NCBI GenBank assembly: GCA_016794005.1
Contig: JAEUKY010000016.1
Location: 27,589-91,588 of the forward strand
Direction of reading: 5' to 3'
Origin: Rhodospirillales bacterium
Lineage (GTDB): Bacteria > Pseudomonadota > Alphaproteobacteria > CACIAM-22H2
Length of the DNA: 64,000 nt
Part shown: one piece after another, positions 18,247 through 27,112 of the stretch
Layout: every line of letters begins with the position of its first letter
Numbering within the stretch: the stretch's first letter is position 1
Program-made: the position numbers and the translations under genes
The notes under the pieces: generated by a model
Seen by the model: the letters and a program-made list of their open reading frames with translations, nothing else
Databases searched by the model: none
Told to the model about the DNA's origin: nothing

Positions 18247-19503
18247 ATGGCGGGATTGTCGGGCATCGAGAAGCGGAAGGTCACGCTGGGGTTCGTGCCC
18301 CTGACGGACTGCGCGCCGCTGGTCGTCGCACGCGAGAAGGGTTTCTTCGAGCGCCACGGCGTGGATGTCGAGCTGTCGCGCGAAGCCTCGTGGTCGACGA
18401 TCCGCGACAAGGTTTCGGTCGAGGCGATCGACGGCGGGCAGATGCTCGCCGCGATGCCGCTTGCCGCGACGCTCGGGCTCGGCGGATTTCGCACGCCGAT
18501 GGTCGTCGGCCTGTCGATGAACCTGAACGGGAATTCCGTGACGTTGTCGACCGGCCTGTGGGCCGAGATCGAGCCCCACGCGACCGGACCGCTCGAAGGG
18601 GCGGTCGCCATCGGGATAGCGCTGCGACATGCGATCGAGCAGCGCGCCAGCCGCCTGCAACCGCGCCTGCGCTTCGCCGTCACCTTTCCGTACTCCAGCC
18701 ACAACTACCTCCTTCGCTACTGGCTTTCGTCGGCCGGGATCGATCCCGACCGCGACGTGCGGCTCGTCGTCGTGCCGCCGCCGCGCATGGTCGAGCATCT
18801 TCTCGACGGCGCCATCGACGGCTACTGCGTGGGAGCGCCCTGGGGCCAGCGCGCGGTCGATCTTGGCGTCGGGCGCGTCGTGCTCTCCACGCACGAGATC
18901 TGGAACTGCCATCCGGAGAAGGTCTTCGGCACGACGCGCAGCTGGGCCGAGCGCAATCCGAACACGCATCAGGCGCTCGTCATGGCGTTGATCGAGGCGT
19001 GCCGGTGGCTTGACGTACCGGCAAACCGCTCCGCCGCCGCTCGGCTCGTGGCGACCCCCGGCTATGTCGACGCGCCCGTCGAACTCGTTTCGGCGACCCT
19101 CGAAGGTCAGGTCATGGTCGCGTCCGGCCAGATGCCGCGCACGCTTCCGGACTTCCATGTGTTCTTCCGCTACGCCGCGACGTTTCCGTGGCGCAGCCAT
19201 GCGCTGTGGAGCCTCGCCCAGATGTGCCGTTGGGGGCAGTTGAGCAGCGGTGCGGATCTCGAGGCGACCGCCGACGCGGTCTATCGCCCGGATATCTATC
19301 GTGCCGCGGCGCGCCGCCTCGGTATCGCCGCTCCCGACGTCGACTACAAGACGGAAGGCACGCATCCGGCGATCCACACGCTTACCGAAGGCGCGCAGAA
19401 ATTCGCGCTCGGCCCCGACCTCCTGTGCGACGGCGCAGTTTTCGATCCGACTGATCCCGTCGCGCGCGTCGCCCTTGCTGCCCCGCAGCCTCCTGCAAAC
19501 TGA
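18247..19503 (+). CDS. nasS: NasS: cytoplasmic nitrate/nitrite sensor, an NrtA-like binding protein without a signal peptide.
   Basis: Homologous to the NrtA-type gene that follows but lacks a signal sequence (MAGLSGIEKRKVTLGFVPLTDCAPLVVAREKGFF). Partner of NasT. It is the C-terminal part of ORF 18082..19503. Confidence 0.8.
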   Translation: MAGLSGIEKRKVTLGFVPLTDCAPLVVAREKGFFERHGVDVELSREASWSTIRDKVSVEAIDGGQMLAAMPLAATLGLGGFRTPMVVGLSMNLNGNSVTLSTGLWAEIEPHATGPLEGAVAIGIALRHAIEQRASRLQPRLRFAVTFPYSSHNYLLRYWLSSAGIDPDRDVRLVVVPPPRMVEHLLDGAIDGYCVGAPWGQRAVDLGVGRVVLSTHEIWNCHPEKVFGTTRSWAERNPNTHQALVMALIEACRWLDVPANRSAAARLVATPGYVDAPVELVSATLEGQVMVASGQMPRTLPDFHVFFRYAATFPWRSHALWSLAQMCRWGQLSSGADLEATADAVYRPDIYRAAARRLGIAAPDVDYKTEGTHPAIHTLTEGAQKFALGPDLLCDGAVFDPTDPVARVALAAPQPPAN

Positions 19504-19516
19504 AGGAACCCGACCC

Positions 19517-20827
19517 ATGATCCACCAGAAGACCAATGCAACCGGAATCTCCCGTCGCGGCCTGCTGCACGGTTCGGCCGCGGCCGCCGCCCTGCTCGCC
19601 GCCGCGCGCGCGGCGCTGCCGGCGGGCGCGTTCGCGCAAGGCGCCGGTCCCGAAACCAAGAAGGCGATTCTGGGCTACATCGCGCTGACGGACTCCGCTC
19701 CGCTCATCATCGCCAAGGAGCGGGGGCTCTTCGCCAAGCACGGCGTCCCCGACGTCGAGGTTTCCAAGCAGGCGTCGTGGGGCGCCACACGCGACAACAT
19801 CGTGCTCGGCGGCGAGCGCAACGGCATCGACGGCGCGCACATCCTGCGCTCGTTCGTGCAGCTGATCTCGACGGGCTCGGTCACGCAGAACAACGTGCCG
19901 ACGCCGATCTACACGCTCCTCAACCTCAACGAGGACGGACAGGCGATCTCGGTCTCGAACGAGTACAAGGACCTCAAGATCGGCAAGGACTCCTCGCCCC
20001 TCAAGGCGGCGTTCGAACGCAAGAAGGCGCGCGGCGGCGAGCTTACCGCCGCGATGACGTTCCCCGGCGGGACGCACGATCTGTGGGTCCGATACTGGCT
20101 TGCGGCCGGCGGCATCGATCCCGACAACGACATCCGCGTCATCGTCGTCCCGCCGCCGCAGATGGTCGCGAACATGCGCGTCGGCAACATGGACGTGTTC
20201 TGCGTCGGCGAGCCCTGGAACGAGCAGCTCGTCAACCAGGACATCGGCTATACGGCGCTCACCACCGGCGAACTCTGGTTCAACCATCCCGAAAAGGTGC
20301 TCGGCATGCGCGCCGAGTGGGTCGACAGGAACCCGCGTGCCACGCAGGCGATCATGATGGCCGTCATGGAAGCCCAGCAGTGGTGCGACAAGCGGGAGAA
20401 CAAGGACGAACTCTCGGCGATCGTCGGACGCCGCCAGTGGTTCAACGTTCCGCCGGCGGACATCGTCAACCGCCTGAAGGGCGACATCAACTACGGCCTC
20501 GGCCGCAAGGCTGCGGGAACGAACCTGAACATGAAGTTCTGGGGCGAGGGCGGGAAGGTCTCCTATCCGTGGAAGAGCCTCGACACGTGGTTCACCACCG
20601 AGAACATCCGCTGGGGCAAGTACAAGCCGGATACCGACATCAAGGCGCTGGTCGACAAGACGGTCCGCTCGGACCTCTGGCGCGAAGCCGCAAAGGCGCT
20701 GGGCGTCGCCAATGCGCCGGCAAGCGACTCGCGCGGCGTCGAGACGTTCTTCGACGGCGTGAAGTTCGACCCGGCCGATCCGATGGCGTACCTGCGTGCC
20801 CAGCGCATCAAGCGCATCGCCGTCTGA
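19517..20827 (+). CDS. nrtA: Nitrate ABC transporter substrate-binding protein with a Tat signal.
   Basis: Twin-arginine motif SRRGLLHGSAAAAALLAAA; NrtA/SsuA-fold; 436 aa. Confidence 0.85.
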   Translation: MIHQKTNATGISRRGLLHGSAAAAALLAAARAALPAGAFAQGAGPETKKAILGYIALTDSAPLIIAKERGLFAKHGVPDVEVSKQASWGATRDNIVLGGERNGIDGAHILRSFVQLISTGSVTQNNVPTPIYTLLNLNEDGQAISVSNEYKDLKIGKDSSPLKAAFERKKARGGELTAAMTFPGGTHDLWVRYWLAAGGIDPDNDIRVIVVPPPQMVANMRVGNMDVFCVGEPWNEQLVNQDIGYTALTTGELWFNHPEKVLGMRAEWVDRNPRATQAIMMAVMEAQQWCDKRENKDELSAIVGRRQWFNVPPADIVNRLKGDINYGLGRKAAGTNLNMKFWGEGGKVSYPWKSLDTWFTTENIRWGKYKPDTDIKALVDKTVRSDLWREAAKALGVANAPASDSRGVETFFDGVKFDPADPMAYLRAQRIKRIAV

Positions 20828-20837
20828 GGAGGAAAGG

Positions 20838-21740
20838 ATGACCGTAACCGCCCGCAAGCTCCAGGCCGCACCGGCCGTCCTGACGACTGCCGCGGCGGCG
20901 GCGATTGTGGTGCCGCTCAAGCGCGCGACGGCCTCGCCGGCGGAACGTATCCTGCCGATGCTGCGCGCCTTGGCGGTCGCGGTCCTGCCTCCGCTTCTGA
21001 CCACGCTCGTGATCCTGGCCATCTGGCAGATCGCCTTCGACCGGCCGGGGGCGACGCTGCCGTCCCCGGCGGTCGTCTGGCGCGAGGCGAGCGACCTGAT
21101 CCTCGATCCGTTCTTCGTCGCGGGTTCGCAGGACATGGGGCTAGGCTGGCGCGTTCTCACGTCGCTCCAGCGCGTGGCGATCGGTTTTAGCCTTGCGGCG
21201 GTCGCGGGCGTGCTCGTCGGCACGATCGTCGGGCAATCGGTCTGGGCGATGCGGGGGCTGGACCCGGTCTTCCAGATCCTGCGTACCGTCCCGCCGCTCG
21301 CATGGCTGCCGATCTCGCTCGCGGCCTTCCGCGACGCGAGCCCGTCGGCGATCTTCGTGATCTTCATCACGGCCATCTGGCCGATCCTGATCAACACCGC
21401 CGTCGGCATCCGCAACATCCCGCAGGACTATCGCAACGTCTCGCAGGTCCTGCGTCTCAACCACTTCGAGTTCTTCTACAAGATCATGGTGCCGTCCGCG
21501 GCACCGTACATCTTCACGGGCCTGCGCATCGGCATCGGCCTTGCCTGGCTCGCTATCGTGGCGGCCGAAATGCTGACCGGCGGCATCGGCATCGGCTTCT
21601 TCATCTGGGACGCGTGGAACTCCTCGCGCATTCCCGACATCGTGGTCGCGCTCGTCTATATCGGCGTCGTCGGATTCATGCTCGACAGGCTCGTCGCCTT
21701 CGTCGCCACGCGAATCACGCGTGGCACGGCTTCGAACTGA
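20838..21740 (+). CDS. nrtB: Nitrate ABC transporter permease.
   Basis: Binding-protein-dependent permease with an EAA-loop region (AAEMLTGGIGIGFFI); RBS GGAGGAAAGG. Confidence 0.85.
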   Translation: MTVTARKLQAAPAVLTTAAAAAIVVPLKRATASPAERILPMLRALAVAVLPPLLTTLVILAIWQIAFDRPGATLPSPAVVWREASDLILDPFFVAGSQDMGLGWRVLTSLQRVAIGFSLAAVAGVLVGTIVGQSVWAMRGLDPVFQILRTVPPLAWLPISLAAFRDASPSAIFVIFITAIWPILINTAVGIRNIPQDYRNVSQVLRLNHFEFFYKIMVPSAAPYIFTGLRIGIGLAWLAIVAAEMLTGGIGIGFFIWDAWNSSRIPDIVVALVYIGVVGFMLDRLVAFVATRITRGTASN

Positions 21741-21761
21741 TCGAATGCAAGGGAGACAGAC

Positions 21762-22568
21762 ATGACAATCCAGGACAGCTTCCTGCGCATCGACCACCTC
21801 GACAAGTCGTTCCGCCGGGGCGACGCGGTCAGCGAGGTCCTCCGCGACGTCAATCTCGACATCGCGCGCGGCGAATTCGTCTCGATCATCGGGCATTCGG
21901 GCTGCGGAAAATCGACGCTGCTGAACGTGGTCGCGGGCCTGACGGAAACGACGAAGGGCGTGGTCTTCCTCGAAGGGTTCGCCGTCGAGGAACCGGGGCC
22001 GGATCGCGCGGTGGTGTTCCAGAACCATTCGCTGCTGCCGTGGCTGACCGTCTACGACAACGTGCGCCTCGCGGTCGACAAGGTGTTCGGCGGCGCCAGG
22101 ACGAAGGCGAAGCGCGACGAATGGACGATGCACAATCTCGAGCTGGTACATATGGCGCATGCGCGCGACAAGCGGCCCGGTGAGATTTCCGGCGGCATGA
22201 AGCAGCGCGTGGGAATCGCGCGGGCGCTTGCCATGCAGCCCAAGGTGCTGCTGCTGGACGAGCCGTTCGGCGCGCTCGATGCGCTGACCCGTGCGCATCT
22301 GCAGGACTCCGTGATGGAGATCCACGCGCGCCTCGGCAACACGGTCCTCATGGTCACGCACGACGTGGACGAGGCCGTCTTGCTGTCCGACCGGATCGTC
22401 ATGATGACGAACGGACCCGCCGCGACGATAGGCGAGGTGCTGACGGTCGACCTTCCGCGCCCGCGCAAGCGGCTGGAACTCGTCGCCCATCCCACCTATC
22501 TGGCCGCACGCGCGGCGGTGCTGGAGTTCCTCTATGCGCGCCACAAGGCGCCGACGATCGCCGCATGA
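21762..22568 (+). CDS. nrtC: Nitrate ABC transporter ATP-binding protein.
   Basis: Walker A GHSGCGKST, signature ISGGMKQR, Walker B LLLDEPFGALD. Confidence 0.85.
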   Translation: MTIQDSFLRIDHLDKSFRRGDAVSEVLRDVNLDIARGEFVSIIGHSGCGKSTLLNVVAGLTETTKGVVFLEGFAVEEPGPDRAVVFQNHSLLPWLTVYDNVRLAVDKVFGGARTKAKRDEWTMHNLELVHMAHARDKRPGEISGGMKQRVGIARALAMQPKVLLLDEPFGALDALTRAHLQDSVMEIHARLGNTVLMVTHDVDEAVLLSDRIVMMTNGPAATIGEVLTVDLPRPRKRLELVAHPTYLAARAAVLEFLYARHKAPTIAA

Positions 22569-23797
22569 CCATACCGCCGGCCAACCGCATCGTCGTGATC
22601 GGCAACGGCATGGCTGGCCATCGCCTGCTGTCCGAGCTTGTCGCGCGAGGCCAGCACGAGGGACTGACGGCGATCGGTGCCGAACCTCATGCGGCGTACA
22701 ACCGCATCCTGTTGTCGTCCGTCCTTGCGGGCGACAAGTCGACGGCAGACGTGGCGCTCGCAGGCCAGGCCTGGTACGCCTCGTGCGGAATCGAACTGCT
22801 GACCGGGGATGCGGTGGCGAAAATAGACCGGGCCGCGCGCACCGTTGCGACCGCTTCCGGCCGCGTCGTCCCGTACGACCGCCTCGTACTTGCGACGGGC
22901 TCGCGGCCGATCCGGCTGGGCTTGCCGGGGATCGATCTTGCGGGCGTTACCGCCTTTCGCGACATCGCCGACGTCGAGCGCATGTGCGGCACGCCTGCCG
23001 GCGCTCGTGCCGTCGTGATCGGCGGTGGCCTCCTCGGGCTCGAAGCCGCCGCAGGCCTGCAACGCCGCGGAATCGGCGTCGTTGTCGTGCACCTTGCCGG
23101 CGAGCTCATGGAACGGCAGCTCGACGTGCCGGCCGCAGCCCTTCTGGCAGATGCCGTTTCGACGCGCGGCATCGACGTGCGCCTTGGCGCCCAGACGAAG
23201 GAGATCGTCGGTCGGGACGGGCGCGTCGTCGCCGTGCGACTGGCCGACGGTTCCGAGCTTCCTGCCGATCTCGTCGTGCTCGCCGTCGGTGTGACGCCGG
23301 AAACCGCGCTTGCGCGCGAGGCCGGTCTCGAATGCGGGCGCGGTATCAAGGTCGACGATGCGCTGTGCACGAGCGATCCGGCGATATCTGCGCTGGGCGA
23401 GTGCGTCGAGCATCGTGGACAGACCTTCGGACTCGTCGGCCCGATCTGGGAGCAGGCGAAGGTGCTTGCCGACGTGCTGGCTGGCCGCGGGGCCCGCTAT
23501 GCGGGAACCGCACCCGTGACAAGCCTCAAGGTGTCGGGGATCGATCTTTTCTCGGCCGGGGTCGTGCGCGAAGGCGAAGGGGCGGAGACTCTCGTGCTCG
23601 CCGATCCGGTCACGCCCGTCTATCGCAAGTTCGTGCTGCGCGACGGTCGGCTCGAAGGGGCGCTGCTCTACGGCGACGTCGAGGATGCGGGCTGGTACGC
23701 CGAACTGATCGCCGGCGCGCAGGATGTCGGCACGTTGCGCGATGCGCTCGCCTTCGGGCGTGCGCACGCCCAGCCGATGGCGCAGGCGGCGGAGTGA
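22565..23797 (+). CDS. FAD-dependent pyridine-nucleotide-disulfide oxidoreductase: Flp / NirB-N-terminal-like NAD(P)H electron-donor module.
   Basis: Two Rossmann motifs (IVVIGNGMAGHR, AVVIGGGLLGLEAA); 410 aa. ATGA overlap with nrtC. Same family as the NAD(P)H reductase partners of NasA (B. japonicum Flp, Klebsiella NasC). Confidence 0.7.
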   Translation: MTIPPANRIVVIGNGMAGHRLLSELVARGQHEGLTAIGAEPHAAYNRILLSSVLAGDKSTADVALAGQAWYASCGIELLTGDAVAKIDRAARTVATASGRVVPYDRLVLATGSRPIRLGLPGIDLAGVTAFRDIADVERMCGTPAGARAVVIGGGLLGLEAAAGLQRRGIGVVVVHLAGELMERQLDVPAAALLADAVSTRGIDVRLGAQTKEIVGRDGRVVAVRLADGSELPADLVVLAVGVTPETALAREAGLECGRGIKVDDALCTSDPAISALGECVEHRGQTFGLVGPIWEQAKVLADVLAGRGARYAGTAPVTSLKVSGIDLFSAGVVREGEGAETLVLADPVTPVYRKFVLRDGRLEGALLYGDVEDAGWYAELIAGAQDVGTLRDALAFGRAHAQPMAQAAE

Positions 23798-23804
23798 GAC
23801 AGGC

Positions 23805-25577
23805 ATGGACCCCACGCAGGATTTCACGGACGAGCAGAAACTCTATCTCGCCGGCTTCGCCAGCGGCGTTGCGGCCAAGCGTGCCGCCCTAGGCATGCCG
23901 CCGATGCTTGGAGCTGCCGCCCAGTCCGCGAGCGGACCCGATGCCGCGCTGATCGCCGCCCAGGACCGTACCACCGCGGCGGGCGGCAAGCTGACGGCCG
24001 AGGAGCAGGCCAAGCGCGCGAAACCGCCGCTCGACCGCTGGGACGAGCTTGTCGCCGCGGCCGAGAAGGGCACGGCACCGAAAGGCACGGACGTTTTCCT
24101 GACCAAGTATTTCGGACTTTTCTACGTCGCCCCGGCGCAGGATTCGTTCATGTGCCGTCTGCGCATCCATCATGGCGTCCTCGATGCGCGGCAGATGCGC
24201 GGCCTTGCCGGCCTAGCCGAGCGCATGGGTGGGGGCTATTCGCACGTGACGACGCGCAACAACCTCCAGATCCGCGAGATCGCGCCTGAAAACGCGCCCG
24301 ATTTCCTGATCGAACTGCAGGAACTCGGCCTGACCAGCCGCGGTACCGGTGCCGACAACGTTCGCAACATCACCGGAAGCCCGGCGGCCGGCATCGATCC
24401 TCAGGAGATCATCGATACGCGCCCGCTCGCGCGCCGCCTGCAGCACCACATCCTCAACCATCGCGATCTCTACGCGCTGCCGCGCAAGTTCAACATCGCG
24501 TTCGATGGCGGCGGCAAGATCGGCGTCCTCGAGGACACGAACGATGTTGGGTTCGCGGCCATGCGCGTGCCCGCCGGGCGGACGGTCACCGAGGGCGTCT
24601 GGTTCCGCCTGCAGCTCGGCGGGATCACGGGGCACGGCGATTTCGCGCGCGACACCGGCGTGGTCGTGGCGCCGGACCGCTGCATCGCCGTTTCCGATGC
24701 GATCCTGCGGGTCTTCATCGATCACGGAGACCGTACCGACCGCAAGAAGGCGCGGCTCAAGTACCTGCTCGACGCCTGGGGCTTCGAGAAGTTCCTTGCC
24801 GAAGTCGAGAAGCGGCTGCCGTTCAAGCTGGACCGCTTGCCGCTCGACGCATGCGAACCGCGTGCATCCATCGACCGGGCCGGGCATCTGGGCGTGCACG
24901 CGCAAGCGCAGGCGGGGCTCAACTGGATCGGCGTGGTCATGTCGGTCGGCCGGATGGAGGCGGCGCAGATGCGCGGACTTGCCCACGTCGCCGAGCGCTT
25001 CGGCAGCGGCACGTTGCGGCTGACGGTTTGGCAGAATCTGCTGGTCTCGGATGTCCCGGATGCAAAGCTCGACGAAGCGAAGGCCGCGATCGAAGCGCTG
25101 GGTCTGGACTGGCATGCCACGAATCCGCGCGGCGGGCTCGTCGCCTGCACCGGCAACAAGGGCTGCAAGTTTGCGGCGTCGGACACCAAGGGTCATGCCG
25201 AGGCGATCGCGCGCCATCTCGACGGACGGATCGTCCTCGACCAGCCCGTCAACATCCATCTGACCGGCTGCCATCATTCCTGCGCGCAGCACTATGTCGG
25301 CGATATCGGCCTGATCGGCGCCAAAATCGAGATCGGCGAGGAGACGATCGAGGGCTATCACCTGCATGCCGGCGGCGGGGCCGGTGCGGGGCAGGGACTG
25401 GCGCGCGAGATTCTGCGCGACGTTCCGGCCGCCGAGCTGCCGCTGCGCGTCGAACGGCTGCTGGTCGCCTATCTCGCGGCGCGCGCGCCGGGCGAAAGCT
25501 TTCGCGACTGGGCCGGCCGGCAGGAGGTTTCCGCGCTGGCCGCCGTCTTCCGGCTCGATCGCGAGCTTGCCGCATGA
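23805..25577 (+). CDS. nirA: Assimilatory nitrite reductase, ferredoxin-type NirA family (siroheme / 4Fe-4S hemoprotein).
   Basis: Two nitrite/sulfite-reductase ferredoxin-like repeats and the siroheme/Fe-S cysteine cluster CTGNKGCKF...TGCHHSCAQHYVGDIG. Confidence 0.85.
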   Translation: MDPTQDFTDEQKLYLAGFASGVAAKRAALGMPPMLGAAAQSASGPDAALIAAQDRTTAAGGKLTAEEQAKRAKPPLDRWDELVAAAEKGTAPKGTDVFLTKYFGLFYVAPAQDSFMCRLRIHHGVLDARQMRGLAGLAERMGGGYSHVTTRNNLQIREIAPENAPDFLIELQELGLTSRGTGADNVRNITGSPAAGIDPQEIIDTRPLARRLQHHILNHRDLYALPRKFNIAFDGGGKIGVLEDTNDVGFAAMRVPAGRTVTEGVWFRLQLGGITGHGDFARDTGVVVAPDRCIAVSDAILRVFIDHGDRTDRKKARLKYLLDAWGFEKFLAEVEKRLPFKLDRLPLDACEPRASIDRAGHLGVHAQAQAGLNWIGVVMSVGRMEAAQMRGLAHVAERFGSGTLRLTVWQNLLVSDVPDAKLDEAKAAIEALGLDWHATNPRGGLVACTGNKGCKFAASDTKGHAEAIARHLDGRIVLDQPVNIHLTGCHHSCAQHYVGDIGLIGAKIEIGEETIEGYHLHAGGGAGAGQGLAREILRDVPAAELPLRVERLLVAYLAARAPGESFRDWAGRQEVSALAAVFRLDRELAA

Positions 25578-27112
25578 CCCACTACGTGCCGGTCGTTCCC
25601 GAGGAAGCGCCGTTCAACGCGACCCAGCGCGCGTGGCTCAACGGCTTCTTTGCCGGACTCATGGGCGGCGAAGTCGTCGAGGGCGGCGTGGCACCGGTTG
25701 CCGTTCCGGTGGAAGCCTTTCCCTGGCACGATCCCGCACTGACGCTCGACGAGCGTCTGGCGCTTGCCGTAGACCGGCCTGCTCCGCGCCGGCTGATGGC
25801 CGCGATGGCGCAGCTCGACTGCGGGCAGTGCGGCTATCTCTGCCAGAGCTATGCCGAGGCGATCGTCGCCGGCACCGAGAAGTCCCTTGGCAAATGCGTT
25901 CCCGGCGGGAAGGAAACGTCGAAGGCGTTGCGTTCGCTCCTTGCCGAAGCGCCTGCCGCGCCCGCACCTGCGATCAAGGCGGAGGCGGCGCAGCCCCCGG
26001 GCCGCCTCGTCGCGGAAGCGACCTTCCGCGCGGCCGTGCCGCTCAACGGCGAGGGATCGGCCAAGGATACGCGCCATGTCGTGTTCGATCTGGCCGGAAC
26101 CGGGCTCGACTACCAGGTCGGCGACGCGTTCGGCCTGTTCGTCGAGGTCGATCCGGCACTGGTCGATGCCACGATCGCCGAACTCGGCGCCGATCCGGAG
26201 CGCATCGTCGAGCTCGACGGCCAGCGCGCTACGCTTCGCGAGACGCTGACGCGCCGGCTCGACATCGCGCGGCCGGGCGACAACGTCGTCGAGCTTCTGA
26301 TGAAGCATGCGGGCGATGCTGCCGCGCGCGCGGCGCTCGGCAAGATTCTTGGCGGTGCGACGGATGCGCCGCTCGCCGATCCCGACCTTCTCGACCTGCT
26401 GCGCGCGTTTCCTAGCGTCCGGCCGGATCTCGATGCGCTGCTTGGCGCCCTCGAGCTTCTCCAGCCGCGCCTTTATTCGATCGCTTCCTCGCCAAAGGCG
26501 CATCCGGGCGAGGTGCATCTGACGGTCGGCGTCGTGCGCTATTCGCGCAACTCGCGCGACCGGCAGGGCGTGGCCTCCACGTTCCTGTCGGGCCGGATCG
26601 TGCCGGGCGCGAAGCTCAAGGCCTTCGTCCAGCCCGCGCACGGCTTCCGTCTTCCGGCCGACGGGAACCGGCCGGTCGTCATGATCGGGCCGGGAACGGG
26701 GATCGCGCCCTTCCGCGCCTTCCTCGAGGAACGTCGCGCAACGAACGCGAAGGGCCGCAACTGGTTGTTTTTCGGCGACCAGCGCGCGGCGACCGACTTC
26801 ATCTACCGCGACGAGATCGAAGCGTTCCGCGCCGATGGCACGCTTTCCCGTCTCGATCTCGCCTTCTCGCGCGATCAGGCGGAAAAGATCTACGTCCAGG
26901 ACCGCATGCGTGCGGCTGGTGCCGAACTTTGGGCCTGGATCGCCGACGGTGCCCATATCTACGTGTGCGGCGACGCCAGCCGCATGGCACGGGACGTCGA
27001 CGCAGCCTTGCAGGCCGTCGTCGCGGAGCATGGCGGCCACGATGCGGCTGCCGCGAAGGCCTTCGTCCAGCGGCTCGCGGCCGACAAACGCTATCAGCGG
27101 GACATCTACTGA
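25574..27112 (+). CDS. CysJ-like FAD/NAD(P)H oxidoreductase lacking the FMN (flavodoxin) domain, with an N-terminal Cys-motif extension.
   Basis: C-terminal 400 aa resemble the sulfite-reductase flavoprotein / cytochrome-P450-reductase FAD-NADPH module (RLYSIASSP, GPGTGIAPFR, HIYVCGD). The N-terminal 110 aa carry CGQCGYLC...C. ATGA overlap with nirA. Confidence 0.75.
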   Translation: MTHYVPVVPEEAPFNATQRAWLNGFFAGLMGGEVVEGGVAPVAVPVEAFPWHDPALTLDERLALAVDRPAPRRLMAAMAQLDCGQCGYLCQSYAEAIVAGTEKSLGKCVPGGKETSKALRSLLAEAPAAPAPAIKAEAAQPPGRLVAEATFRAAVPLNGEGSAKDTRHVVFDLAGTGLDYQVGDAFGLFVEVDPALVDATIAELGADPERIVELDGQRATLRETLTRRLDIARPGDNVVELLMKHAGDAAARAALGKILGGATDAPLADPDLLDLLRAFPSVRPDLDALLGALELLQPRLYSIASSPKAHPGEVHLTVGVVRYSRNSRDRQGVASTFLSGRIVPGAKLKAFVQPAHGFRLPADGNRPVVMIGPGTGIAPFRAFLEERRATNAKGRNWLFFGDQRAATDFIYRDEIEAFRADGTLSRLDLAFSRDQAEKIYVQDRMRAAGAELWAWIADGAHIYVCGDASRMARDVDAALQAVVAEHGGHDAAAAKAFVQRLAADKRYQRDIY

